Part shown: piece after piece, positions 51,545-64,000 of the stretch
Layout: the number at the start of each line of letters is the position of its first letter
Numbering within the stretch: position 1 is the first letter of the stretch
Assembly (NCBI GenBank): GCA_030390025.1
Contig: CM059432.1
Location: forward strand, 59,894,001 to 59,958,000
Source: Squalus acanthias
Lineage: Eukaryota
DNA length: 64,000 nt
Direction: 5' to 3'
Notes under the pieces: generated by a model
The model's database searches: none
Seen by the model: the letters and a program-made list of their open reading frames with translations, nothing else
What the model was told of the DNA's origin: nothing
Program-made: the position numbers and the translations under genes

Positions 51545-52322
51545 GCTAACTCTGTTTCTCTCTCCACAGATGCTGCCTGACCTGCTGAGTATTTCAAGAA
51601 TTTTCTGTTTTTAAGTCAGATTTGCTTCCAAGTCGAATAATACATAGAAGTAGTAAACCACAGCAAGGTGATTGAGAGGACAATACTTAAAAATAATAAT
51701 AATAGAATCAGTCACAAGGGGTTAAAAATTCCCTTTTTAGAATTTATTTCTTACCAGTGTGATAAGTGGCGGGTCTTTTGGATTATATAGCGTTTCATAA
51801 ACCTTCATGATGTGAAGTTGTACATGGATGACTTAAATTTACAGTTCATTCACAGAGTTTGGAACGCTCGCCAGAACTAAAGAGTCTGAAGTTTATGTTG
51901 TTTGACTAGCCATGATTAAAGACGGATTGGTAGGGGAAACTGCATATCATGCAAATGACCAGTTCTCATATTATCCAGGTCTACCAAATGCCCTGTTCAT
52001 ATATAATTCAATTCATACCTAAAAGAAAGTCTCTGTATCCCGGTTTATTTTCAGAACCACCAACTGGTCAATTTGAAATTGAGTAAGGAAAGATGTCTGC
52101 CATTTTAATTCTAGCTGTTTTAAACTGCATGAAATAAAATACAGAAATCTTTTGATTTTGTCACAGCCACTGCCAAGCAAAATGAGACTGGCCCCACCTA
52201 CACCAACTTCATTCAAAGACAAATGTGAGAATGAAAAAGATTTTTTTTGTAAATTTTTACATACCATGATGCAGTCTCTTTTACAGAAAAGTATCTCTAC
52301 TGTCAGTACATCACCAAAAAAA

Positions 52323-53435
52323 ATCATAGAATCATAGAATAATACAGCACAGAAGGAAACCATTCAGCCCAACTTGCTTATGCCGGCTCTTTAAAAGAGT
52401 TATCCAATTTATTTTTTTAATTCATTTTTTATGGGATATGGGCATCGCTGGCAAGGCCAGCATTTATTGCCCATCCCTAATTGCCCTCGAGAAGGTGGTG
52501 GTGAGCCGCCTTCCTGAACCGCAGTCCGTGTGGTGAAAGTACTCCCACAGTGCTGCTAGATAGGGAGTTCCAGGATTTTGTCCCAGCGACGATGAAGGAT
52601 CGGCGATATACTTTTAAGTCAGGATGGTGTGTGACTTGGAGGGGAACTTAGAGGTGGTGGTGTTTCCATGCGCCTGCTGCCCTTGTCCTTCTAGGTGGAA
52701 GAGGTCTTGGGTTTGGGAGGTGCTGCCGAAGAAGCCTTGGTGAGTTGCTGCAGTGCATCTTGTAGATGGTACACACTGCAGCCACGGTACGCCGGTGGTG
52801 GAGGGAGTGAATGTTTAAGGTGGTGGATCGGGTGCCAATCAAGAGGGCTGCTTTGTCCTGGATGGTGTCGAGCTTCTTGAGTGTTGTTGGAGCTGCACTC
52901 ATCCAGGCAAGTGGAGAGTATTCCATCACACTCCTGACTTGTGCCTTGTAGATGGTGGAAAGGCTTTGGGGAGTCAGGAGGTGAGACAGTCGCCGCAGAA
53001 TACTCAGCCTCTGACCTGCTCTTGTTGCCACAGTATTTATGTGGCTGGTCCAGTTAAGTTTCTGGTCAATGGTAACCCCCAGGATGTTGATGGTGGGGGA
53101 TTCAGCAATGGTAATTAATCCCACTCCCCTGCTCTTTCCCCATCGCCCTGCAGATTTTTCCCCTTCAAGTATTTATCCAATTCCCTTTTGAATGTTACTA
53201 TTGAATCTGCTTCCACCACCCTTTCAAGCAGTGAATTCCAGATGATAACAACTTGCTGGGCAAACAAAAATTCTCCTCGTCTCACTTCTTTTGGCAATTA
53301 CCTTAAATCTGTGTCCTTTGGTTACCGACCCTTCTGCCACTGGAAACATTTCTCCCTATTTACTCTATCAAATCCCTTCATGGTTTTGAACGCCTCTATT
53401 AAATCTCCCCTTGACCTTCCCTGCTCTAAGGAGCT
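52323..53435 (-). mobile_element. CR1 3' fragment split by another LINE
   Basis: (TTCTATGA)n tail at 52323; WNSLLERVVEADSIVTFKRELDKYL at 53115-53297. Confidence 0.82.
52411..53115 (-). mobile_element. Jockey-group (CR1/L2/Crack-like) LINE 3' fragment
   Basis: ILGVTIDQKLNWTSHI...YKAQVRSVMEYSPLAW...HRRTVAA; same family as 56796-57347. Confidence 0.85.
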
Positions 53436-55154
53436 CTAAATGTATAAAAAATATCTGCCTGAAATATTTTAGGCTGATGTCCAATATCATAAATGTAATT
53501 AGAGATGACCTTCTTTCCATGACAATTGATGAAACCCCTGAGATGCAGCCCTTCATATTCAGAGCCAAAAGTAACGGAGGGCCCATTATATCCAAAACTC
53601 ATCCCAGCTGTGCTACATGGCTGTTAGAATTCAATATTGAAACAGTAGACATGTTGCTTACAGTGTTGTTTCACTTTATAGTATTTTTGCTTAGTAAAGA
53701 AGAAAGAAACATAAAGCTCTATGTGGCCATATTGACAGTAAAAGGAAGAGAAAAATAGTTAATGGGCACCATGATTTCTAAGTGAGAATATAAATCATGT
53801 TGTGGAAATAATGAGAAGACTGGAATCTGAGTGTACCTGATTAAGCATCCATGAGCTATTTAATATAGTTGGGGTAGATGCCAGAATTGCATTTCAGAAT
53901 AAACTGAAGGGAGAGTTTTCTCAGTTTGTGTCTGGTACCTGTGCACTGTTGGTCTGCTTGTCATTCTATAAGCAGTACTACTATTAGCAGCTTTAGGTTC
54001 CTTTGCCCATCATGCATAACAAATTGCAAGCGGTGATGTTACAAATTCTGCCATCTGCATTGTCTTTTGAAGTGGATGAAGCGTCACTCTGGTTTTCAGC
54101 ACAAGTCACTGACCCATTTACAAAGGGTGAGATCTCTTCAGACTTTGAAGTCTATGGCTTAGAAATTATTGTTGGTAGCATTAGTGGGCGAATGCTTAAC
54201 ATAGTCATATGACATTCATTTTGTGTGCTATTTTAGCAACAATGTTATACCATATAAAATAAAATGAATGGAGTTCATGCCTGCATTAAAATAGCAGAGG
54301 GTGGAATGTCATATAAGCACATTAAATGTTTATCAGCTAATATCACGAACAGTAATTTCTTTATTTTTCATCCTGTTAATATCTTTGATGTGGTGTGTAC
54401 ATAGTTTGCTGTGTATCTTGATGAACCCATCCCAACAAACAAGGATCTTTAATGTTCATTAGTTCTGGCAGGGAAAGTATCCACAGTGGCCTGTTTTTGT
54501 CATCTTGGCCATGCATGGATTAAGTTCTGATTTGAATGGTCAGTCTCTGAGATGAAATTCTTTACCAGTCACAGAGACAGCAAGAAAGTCAAAGGAAGCT
54601 CAAACTTTGCACTGTATTTTGTTACAAGAAGCTCACGTTATGAACTATTAGATGTAAATAGTTCAAGGGGGAGAAATTCGGTTGGTTAGCACCTCCCATT
54701 AGCGCCTGGCGGGCGTGCTAACGGAGCGCTAATGAAGTAGCACCGGGGTGAGAAGAATCTAGCGCTGTACACCAAATCCAGTCGCCCCTTAGCGCCGCCG
54801 TTAACAGTTAGCGCCTGGGGCTTTAGCGCCAGGCAGATCATAATGTCAGTGAGCGTGCAACACTTGCTAAGCGCCCGATCTGCCAAATTGATTATCGACC
54901 CCTGCCTTAGCGCCTCGCCCTGACAACGACAGGAAGAAGAGGCGTGAAGCAGGCGGATGGCGGCTCCAGGAGCAATATTTAAAGGGATCAGTCGCAGCTG
55001 TCAGGTGAGTGTTATTTCATTGCTTCCTTGTCAGTTTGCGATTGTGCAAGAGTTTAATTCAGTCATTGAAAGGTTCTTTAAGTATCAGGAGTGTTGTGGC
55101 TACTAAAAATTTGTTACATTTATTCTGACAGAATTTCTACACTTGGTTACATTA

Positions 55155-56331
55155 ATGGGGGCTGTACTGGCAGTCGACCTCGCCCTCCAGGATCTACTGC
55201 GGAGGGAGCGGAGGCAGCGAGAAAGATTACAAGATGTGGCCAGAGGAAGGAGGAGGGCCATCAGGGCTCTCAACAGGAGGCCTTACCCTCCGAGGGTATC
55301 CGAGAGCACTTCTCCTACCTCCAAATAAGCGAGGAGCAGTGCATTAGAAGGCTCTGCTTCACCAAGGATGTGGTCACCGAACTCTGCCACCTCCTGCAAC
55401 CAGACCTTAAGCCTCAGATAAGGACAACCACAGCTCTCTCAGTGGCAGTCAAGATCAGCGTCGCCCTCAGTTTCTTCGCCAGTAGTTCCTTCCAGTCTGC
55501 AACAGGAGATATAGTGAATATCTCGCAGTTCGCCGTCCATCGTTGCATCCGGGAGAACACAGAGGCTCTCTACAGTAGGAGAAGGGACTACATTTCCTTC
55601 CCCATCACCAGAGAGAAGCAGGATGAATGTGCATGTGGCTATGCCAGGATAGCGGAATTCCCCATGGTGCAGGGTGCCATTGACTGCACCCACGTGGCTT
55701 TGCGGGCACCGCATATCAATCCTGAGATCTTCTGTAACCGCAAAGGCTACCATTCACTTAATGTGCAGGTGGTGTGCGACCACACACAGTGAATCCTCAA
55801 TGTGAATGCCCACTATCCTGGCAGCAGCCACGATGCCTTCATCCTGCGCCAGACGTCTTCCAGCCACAATGTCAAGCTCGCGGCTGGCTGGGCGGAGACA
55901 AGGGCTATCCGCTCTCCACCTGGCTCATGACTCCCCTCCGCAAACCCAACACTCCTGCCCAGCACTCATATAATGAGAGCCATGCTGCCACCAGGGACAT
56001 CATCGAGCAGATCATCGGGGTGCTCAAGCAACGGTTCCGCTGCCTTGACCGCTCGGGAGGAGCCCACCAGTACTCGCCGGAGCAGGTGTCCCATCTCGTG
56101 GTGGTCTGCTGCATGCTTCACAACTTGGCCATCATGAGGGCACAGCCCTTGCCACCAGGAATTGTGGGACCACCTCAGGAGGAGGAAGAGGGAGAGGAGG
56201 AGGAGGACGAGGACGAGGAGGAAGATGAGGAGGAGGAGGAGGAGGAACCGAACCGAGGGAGGAGGCAGCCACTCAATCAGCCTTCCGGAAGAGCTGCCCG
56301 TGACCGCCTCACCAGACTGCGGTTCCAATAA
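55155..56331 (+). pseudogene. Harbinger DDE transposase (HARBI1-like), disrupted
   Basis: MGAVLA..., [59 protein letters not shown]; frameshifts at ~55300 and ~55855, stop at 55790. Confidence 0.9.
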
Positions 56332-56496
56332 ATTAAACCCCAGATTGCCGTTGCTCACCACATCCCCAACATTCCATCCCTGTTGCAGGCCATATCACAG
56401 CGCAAAGCTGAAATGAGACACACCACAAAATCATCCAAAGCCAATTAATAAATTAATCACTAATCAGTGAACACATATTTACAACAACAATATTAG

Positions 56497-58940
56497 CTAT
56501 TCACCCTTGTGCAATCCCTTAGTGCCCCTCGTTACTGTGCCTTTGCCTACTCTAGTGCTCCTACGAAGTGTTGGCCCAGTGGCTGCAGCACGGCTGGTGG
56601 AAGGCTGCTGAGTGTCCGTGTGGGAGACTTCAGATGGCCTTGCAGGACGCCCTCGACCAGCTCTGGGCCTGGAAGGCCCGGCTGTAGACTGTACCACCTC
56701 AGCATGGGCAGCAGCAGTCTGGGCTGGCTGGATGACAGGCAGCGACAAGGGCAATGGCAGAGTGCCAGTGGTGGGAGCAGGAATGCTGTCATCCTTTTTA
56801 AAATTTGTTTATGGGATGTGGGCATCGCTGGCAAGGCCAGCATTTATTGCCCATCCCTAATTGCCCTTGAGAAGGTGGTGGTGAGCCACTTTCTTGAACC
56901 GCTGCTGTCCGTGTGGAGAAGGTACTCCCACAATGCTGTTAGGGATGGAGTTCCAGGATTTTGACCCAGCGACGATGAAGGATCGGCGATATACTTCTAA
57001 GTCAGGATGATGTGTGACTTGGAGGGGAACTTGGAGCTGGTGGTGTTCCCATGCGCCTGCTGCCCTTGTCCTTCTAGTTGGAAGAGGTCGCGGGTTTGGG
57101 AGGTGCTGCCGAAGAAGCCTTGGCGAGTTGCAGCAGTGCATCTTGTAGATGGTACACAGTGCAGCCACAGTACGCCGGTGGTGGAGGGAGTGAATGTTTA
57201 AGGTGGTGGATGGGGTGCCAATCAAACGGGCTGCTTTGTCCTGGATGATGTCGAGCTTCTTGAGTGTTGTTGGAGCTGCACTCATCCAGGCAAGTGGAGA
57301 GTATTCCATCACACTCCTTACTTGTGCCTTGTAGATGGTAGAAAGGCTCCTGAGAGAGGACAGCAGCTTCCTGCTCCACTGACCCACTGCCACTCCCCCG
57401 GTGCAGCACCTCAGCATCACTACCAATTTGCTGGAGCACAGATTGCTGACCTGCAGCGACACTGTGAAAGCCCCGGTGGACAGTGGTCGACTCAGCCACG
57501 ATGGCAGCAGTTAGAGCTTGTGTGGCATCAAGCTGAGACTGCATGAGTGCAGTCTGAGAATCGATGACTCCAAGCATAGACTGCATTCCAACCCTAAGAC
57601 GTTGCGTGGCTTCCGCCTGTGCTGCAATGGAAGATGCGACATCACCCATCACACACGGCATCAGGTCTGGGTCGCCACGGTCTATCTGGGAGTCCACCAT
57701 CCTTTGCAGACTGGAAATGATGGGCTCCATAGTGTGTGCAGAGCTCAGTGCAATGTTGGCGGTGGACTCCTCCACACTCCCTACCATTGCCGAGAGGCTC
57801 TCGGGCACCCTCGTCATTACACCTATCATCTCCATGTGCATGCCCATCACCCGTCTTCTAAACGCCTCTCCATCGAGGTCCTCATCTGAGTCCTGTGCAG
57901 CAGAACTCGCGTGTGAACTCGCCCTCTGGGAAGCTGGCTCCCGAGCTACCCTTTCCCCCTGGCCTTACTGCAGCCCACTCATCCCCGGTGCCTCATCCTG
58001 TGCAGATCCCACTACTATATTAGCCTCTAAAAAACGTGTATTGCCAGTATCTGAGCTGGTGCCTGCGGGTGAGACACGCAGTGACGCGGTGTCTTCTTCG
58101 TCCTCCTTTTCTCCCACCTCGCTCTCAACGGTGCCCTCAGGGACAGGCTGCTCAGCTGCTTGCTCATTATCTGAAAGAGTCGGGTTAAGGGGAGGGGAGG
58201 GGGGCAGGAAGGGAGAAATGCATGCATACAGCATGATTAGCTGGAAAGTGGGAAAGGCTTGTGGGGTGAGGGGGAAGTGGGATGTGAGAAGAAGGAGTAG
58301 GGATGAACAAACCTTATCCCCAAGGGTGTCAACATTGCCGGTGGCCACGACGCCCACCACCTGGCGCCCAATGATTTGCAGCACTCTTTCCTCCAGCTCA
58401 GAAAGTGGTTGAGTGTCGGTTTGTCCTCCGCCTGTGCGCTCCTGCTCCCTCCTGTTGTGAGCCACCTTGGCCTGCAAGAGACAGGAAAGTGTGTGAGTGA
58501 GTGTGGAGCAATGTGTTTGGGAGATGTACCTGCCATAGTTGAATAGCTGTCATTGTGTGCAAGGTGTGAGATGTGGGTGTGAGTGTTGGTTGGTAGAGAT
58601 TGTTGGTGGGTGAGTGCTGGGGGTGTGGTGCTTTGGGCAGTGTGTGCAGACTGTGGTTCAGATGGTGGTATGTAGCATTTGTTGAAGCATTGACTCACCC
58701 TGACCACCTGAGTGAGGTTGTTAAATTTCTTCCTGCACTGTGTGTGGGTCCTGGGGACCACAGTGCTGCCCCAGATGTGCTGCGCTACCTCCCTCCACAT
58801 GGTGCGGAAGACTTGCGGCGAGGGCCTCCTGCCACTTGCCAGGTAGAACACCGCCTCCGTCTCTCCACAGCGAACACCAACACCGCAAATGCTTGGTCGC
58901 AGAATCTGCGGGCTCTCTGCCATGGACGTTGATCTGCCAT
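56497..58940 (-). pseudogene. Harbinger Myb/SANT-like partner gene (3 exons), disrupted
   Basis: MADQRPWQRARRF...WREVAQ...RTHTQCRKKFNNL | AKVAHNRREQERTGGG...| acidic, helical and P/S/T-rich parts ending GLHKGE*. Introns ~58698-58472 and ~58312-58171. Confidence 0.8.
56796..57347 (-). mobile_element. Jockey-group LINE 3' fragment inserted in the Myb gene
   Basis: Matches 52430-52965; TCCT on both flanks; the empty site is seen in Harbinger copy 1 near 10170. Confidence 0.88.
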
Positions 58941-59733
58941 AATGACACCTTCTTCAGTGGTCTGGTTTTTTCTCCTTGGCCTACTGCTGCTTGCTGAGAC
59001 AGTTGCAGAACCAGCAATGCTGAGAATGAGGTTCTGCAGCATGATTGAACCTCCCCTTTAAGAACTGGAAAGAGGCTGTGGCAATGATGACTAGTGATTA
59101 GACTGCACCTGAAATTACTTAGCGCTTTGAGTCTAACGCCACTGAGCCAGGTCACTAGCGCTTGATTTAGTGCTCCAATCCATTCTTTGAGCGATGAATT
59201 TTGCATGCAGCGAGATTCATTAGCACCTGGCGCTAAATCTCAAACTTTTCCCGAAGTTAGCGCCCATTCCTGGACGATAATGAATTTTGTCCCCCTACAG
59301 TTTTATTATCTTACACTTATAAAGCAAGTTTGTTAATAGTATGTTTAAAATTGAAATGTTTTAAAATCCAATTTTACACTGATTTTGTCTTTTTTAATGA
59401 AAAAATGAAAATGCAGAATTTGGTGAAATCATCAAATTTGTAAAAATAAACACCAAAACAAAAAAAGTGCACTGAAAAAACAAATTATAATGTGCATAGA
59501 CCTGATTGATGTGAACCACTTTCATTTTAATTCTTTATATTGTGAGCACTGGAAGAAAACACTCCTGACTCAGTAAAAATAATCATGTCCCTTAATCTTG
59601 ATAACCTTCACAAGCTGTATCAGATTCTTAAATATATGTACAATACAGTATGTAGTAAATTTATACATGTAATTGACAGCATAAAAATACAGTAATAATA
59701 AGCATGTCAAGATCCCTCATATCGAGAATCTCT

Positions 59734-60472
59734 GGGGGAGAAATTGGGGCGCTAACTTCGCCGGGGCGTTACTTTCAGCGCCATGAAAAAGTTAGCACCC
59801 CTGCGCCGTAAATTCAGTGGTAGTGCCCCAAGCAGGAGGTGAGGCGCTACTGGAAGCGCTTCCCCTCCTTCCTGGGGCGCTTCCAGTGAATATCGCAGTG
59901 CTACGTGCAACAGTACCATGCGCGTCGGCACATAGCACCGCGATATTGCAGGACTCCCTCCCCTGATTAAAGGGGAGGGGCCTAGCGCTGTGCGCACCGG
60001 GGCCCTGCTGGACCACCGGGGTGCTGGGTGCCAGGAAAGCAGCCCGGCACTCAAGAGGAGTGCCGGGCAGACCGATCGCGGCCAGCACCCTGAATAAAAG
60101 AGGGGGAAGGGGGCAGGTGCTGGCAGTCGGCCTTAAAAAAAACAGCCGCCCGACACCTGCACTTTAACTTGTGCCGCCGCGGCTGCAAAAGCGCCACCCT
60201 GACCCTGTCGGACATATCATCCGGCGATAGGTCAGGGGGCCCTACCGAAGTTTGCGGCCGGGGCACAAGCAGGGCTCTGCGCACAGTGATGACGTCATCG
60301 CCGGCAGCGCAGCGCCGTGGGGCGCTACCGACTACTGCTGACCTGCTAACCTCCCGCTGAATTTCGCGGGCGGCGTTAGCGGCGCCACGCCTGGGCGCTA
60401 GGGGCTTTGCGCCCCGTTAGCGGCCACTGGGGGGCGCTAATGGGAGGCGCAAAGCAACCCAATTTTTCCCCC
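59734..60472. mobile_element. Non-autonomous MITE related to the two autonomous Harbingers
   Basis: TCT|GGGGGAGAAATTGGG ... CCCAATTTTTCCCCC|TCT (perfect 3-bp TSD); the right end aligns with 12180-12302. Confidence 0.88.
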
Positions 60473-62389
60473 TCTGACTTTTGGTCTGAGATTGTGCAGC
60501 CTCCAGTCAGCATTTCCCCTCTCAATATAACTTACAATGGGAAGTCAGCAGAATGGGACTCAAGGATACCACAAGGATTTTCTTTTAGTGCAATTTTCCC
60601 AAATTGTGGCCAGTTTTGTGCTGTGGACCTGTGGTCAGTAGGAAATGGGTTAGACCTGCCCAAACTTATTTCAGGCAGGAACCTGAAAGCCTTTAGACGG
60701 AGTCTTTCACCCCACCAGTCTGGAGTCAAACCCAAGTCCCAGTGATGAAAGGAGAGTGTAGTAACCCAATGCATCATCTATTCCATCCATATTTCACTGT
60801 TATCATGAAGTAGAATATTGCCATTATAGAGCAACTACATTTTGTACCACAAATTCTATTTTGTTTTTTTAGCTTGACGATAGAAAGAAGCACAATCACA
60901 TATAAAATGTTCAGAGTTTAACCATGTCTCTAATTCTCACTCTGCAGTAATTAGACAAAGTAATGTTTTGGAAAACAAATCAATTAATGATGACTTTAAA
61001 GAAACCATTGACTATTCTCTTCTATTGATTTCATACATAATGTTCATTTTCATACTGCAACATCCCACCTGTTATTCTTATTAATCTTAGTAAACAACAT
61101 GAACAGACCTATGTTGAAAACTTACAGCTACTGCTCACTTCGTGAATAAAAAAATTAGCAGTGCAAGTTGAAATTTTTAAGGAAAGTTATGTTTTTGATA
61201 ACCATCAGGACCCTTGATAGGAATGTTATGCAGACTTTGTGCTTAATAATTTATAACTATATTGCCTATGCAGCTGTATGCTGTCTCTTTTGTTGTAAAG
61301 GGATGATTTTTGCAATTTACTCCAGAGTTAGTGTTGTGTCAGAACTATGCAACTGCAAGTTTTTGAAGTGGAGTCACTGGAAAACACACACTGTGACAGA
61401 CACTGATATTGAGATTCCAAACCTCTCAAATAGACTTTTACTTGCAACCTTGTGACGTGGGGTGGATTTTTAGATTTCAATGTTTTATTCATATCATGTC
61501 ATATAAATATTTCAGAGTTTATGTCCATGAATAAGTTTGTCTTAACAACCTGGTCTAATAAGACTTTAACCTGGACAATTCAGAAGCACAGACCTTGTTT
61601 GTCAACCGTGAGTGTCAATTACACGAGGCCACCAACGGCTTGTACTTCAAATTCCTGCTGGGTCAATAAGGTTCATCGCTGTACCACCTCGAATTTGTGT
61701 AACACATGCCCGCACTACGTCATTTCCATTTTGGGTTTTTTCATTAAAATAATGAACATTTTAGCATAAATCTGGCCAACAAAAGCCTCAGAAGAGCAAA
61801 ACTTTCTGCTCAGTCTCCATTATTAACAGGTTCTGTGTGCAATGACAATTGAGTAAATTATATACAGTGTACACATATTGAATGGTGCAGTTGAATTTAA
61901 AACATTGCTAATTGTTACTGAGGTGGAAACACCAGCCGTTTGAGTCACTCGCAGCACACTCCTAATGACAAGCTTTGTACTTCAGTTGCAGTCATGTCTA
62001 CCCTAAAATACATTTGCTAGATACATTAGCTGAATGGTGAGCCCTTCCTTCTGGAAAGATGACCCAAGGTAATTTCACATTCTTCCCCATTGTTTCTCTC
62101 AGCACAGCTTTAAGTGGCACTACTCCCTTTAATCCACTTTGCGTTTTTTCTGCAACATCTGAGCCCTGCCATTTAATTAATGCTCTTGATTTGTTTTAAA
62201 CAGGATCCTCACCCTCCTGTTTTTCGTGTCTGTTTTCTCAGCTATTTTTAAATCTACTGTTTGTGGTTCAGAAGATTTTTATGTGGTGGTGGGGTGGTAA
62301 ACAAAACAGGAAGAGGTATGACCTTTGTTAGTTGCCTGTTTTAAATGACTGTTTCAGGTATTGATGGGAGGTAGGCAGCTACCAATGTT

Positions 62390-63104
62390 GGCCTGTATTT
62401 TCCAATGCCTATGGGTGTGTACGAGCTGTGTACACACCTGTAGGGACCTCGCAAGTGCCGGTTTCAGGCATGCGAAGCGCATGCGCTGAAAACCGCCATT
62501 TCCAATCTGTCAAGAATTCTCTTGACAGATCGCACGCCTGCCCTGGAGAAGGGCCTCTGCGGGGGGAGAGTTCGCTTTCTGCAGAACCTCCGCCTGCTGA
62601 AATCCCTTAAAAATCTTACGCCTGGTAAAAGCAGGCGTAAGGCCTGCTTTTACCAGCATAAGAGTTTAAAAAAGTTTTTAAAAATGTTTTCACTCGTTTA
62701 TAATTTAAAAATACTTTTAAAAAAGGTAAGTTTATTTTTAGCCCCGTAAAATACTATTTTGTTTAAAATATTTATTTTAATGTAATTTTAACTAATTTTA
62801 AAAAAGTGATTTAAAAAAAAAAAATTTATTTAATGTTTTGATGTCTTTTTGGAATGATCTCCATTCATACTTTTGACGGGTCTAAGCTGAGAGACCTGTC
62901 AAAAGTATGAAGGGAGATTCCCTTCTCCCATTGGTTCCCCATGGCCCACGTGATCCCAGGGATACCTGGGCCCTGCGCATTTCGTCGTGGAGAGGTCCAG
63001 GATCAGAAATGGCTGGACCTCTGGAGCCCTCAGGTAAGGGCGTAGGTTTTTTCCAGATCGGAGGCCTCCGCACGCAGGAAGCCTCCGATCGGAAAATATG
63101 GGCC
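62390..63104. mobile_element. Harbinger-type MITE (family of 12968-13733)
   Basis: TIRs GGCCTGTATTTTCC / GGAAAATATGGGCC; AT-rich centre; shared internal motifs. Confidence 0.75.
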
Positions 63105-64000
63105 AATATGCACGTTCACCGGACAATGTTAATGTGACACAGTTTTACTTACTTGCATCAATTGCAGGGAAACATCAAAAAAAAGTATACAGTACATTTC
63201 CTTAAATAATCACTTTTAAGAAATTTTATTGACAGTTTTGTTAAAAAAAATCACCAAGTCATACAGTATTGCTCTTTCTCCATTCCCTCATCATTGTTAA
63301 AATATAGTTGCACTGTTTTAGCTTTTAGAATGTGTCTACTACATATGGAGGCGATTTCCTTCGTGTGTCATGGAAGTAAGGATTTATAGACAAGAAGTGT
63401 CTGTTGATGCAAGATTTTTAATTTATCAAAGATATAATATATATTTAGTGGTATAATAACAGGAAACAACAGCAGGCAATGGTAACAAGGACAGATCATA
63501 AACTTGACCCTAGTCATTTGTGGGAGTACTTGGGCCCCATAGGTAACTGATAGAGTTCCCATAACTCTTATTTTTCTCAGAATTATTTAGATGATTGACA
63601 GCTCATCTGCATCTTTTCAATATTGTAAATGGTAGGTTCTGGTATGGAGCAGCTGTCCTCATTAAGTTCATCATTGTGGCTGGCTTTGGGTAGTATTGAG
63701 TCCAAGTATTGAGTCTTCTCTGAGTCTGCAAAGCAAGGTTACAGTATTCCGTCACTTGTCGGATACAGGCTTCCTACAACACTGCTATTGTTATTGGTGA
63801 CCAGCATAACGTCAAACTACTGAAAGACCACCAATGAGAGGTGGTCTCATTGATTAACATTAAAGTGAGTTTGGGATGGTACCAAGAACTCTAAGCTACA
63901 CTTTTGTGACCAGCTTTATAAACGTGAGAGATATTATGCATGTAATATGAACTTACGACAAGGAAAGTGCGAAAAGCCCATCAGGCCTATCAATATATTG

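Larger units (their letters stand above)
43379..51613 (+). mobile_element. Penelope-like element (Neptune-type) with inverted 5' arm and four nested insertions
   Basis: 15-bp TSD AGTCAGATTTGCTTC (43364-43378 / 51614-51628). The inverted arm (43379-43486, 44359-44985, 47681-47790) mirrors ~50110-50831 plus 51545-51613; body from 47791. Confidence 0.88.
54667..59295. mobile_element. Decayed autonomous PIF/Harbinger transposon, copy 2 (inverted relative to copy 1)
   Basis: TIRs GGGGGAGAAATTC / GAATTTTGTCCCCC; same two convergent genes; many TTAGCGC/GCGCTAA motifs. Confidence 0.9.

Noticed and set aside
53411..53758. 115-aa ORF as a possible host exon
   Set aside because: Starts within a CR1 fragment, no recognisable domain, no convincing donor site.
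60690..60780. tRNA-like sequence on the minus strand
   Set aside because: Too degenerate for a cloverleaf; more likely an old SINE head, boundaries unsupported.

Overview
Eukaryotic vertebrate DNA, by inference a cartilaginous fish (dense CR1, SacSINE1/Deu-like SINEs, L2, Neptune-type Penelope and Harbinger elements). The only host protein-coding sequence recognised is the first coding exon of KLHL14 (BTB+BACK, minus strand, 36919-37769), with a candidate non-coding exon and promoter near 38.5-39.0 kb. The remaining kelch exons were not found and probably lie left of the window. The rest is intron or intergenic DNA with nested transposons: two decayed autonomous PIF/Harbinger elements in opposite orientation (DDE transposase plus a long 3-exon Myb/SANT partner gene), about ten Harbinger-type MITEs or deletion derivatives, a very young CsRn1-clade Gypsy LTR element inside two nested CR1s, an 8.2-kb composite Penelope-like element with inverted arms, a 15-bp TSD and hammerhead ribozyme motifs, many CR1/L2 fragments, and a 28-bp minisatellite containing CCCTAA. 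The most striking observation is that two different MITEs sit at essentially the same spot, the predicted hammerhead cleavage site, in both arms of the Penelope element. Coordinates were read by eye; the ends of decayed repeats are approximate.
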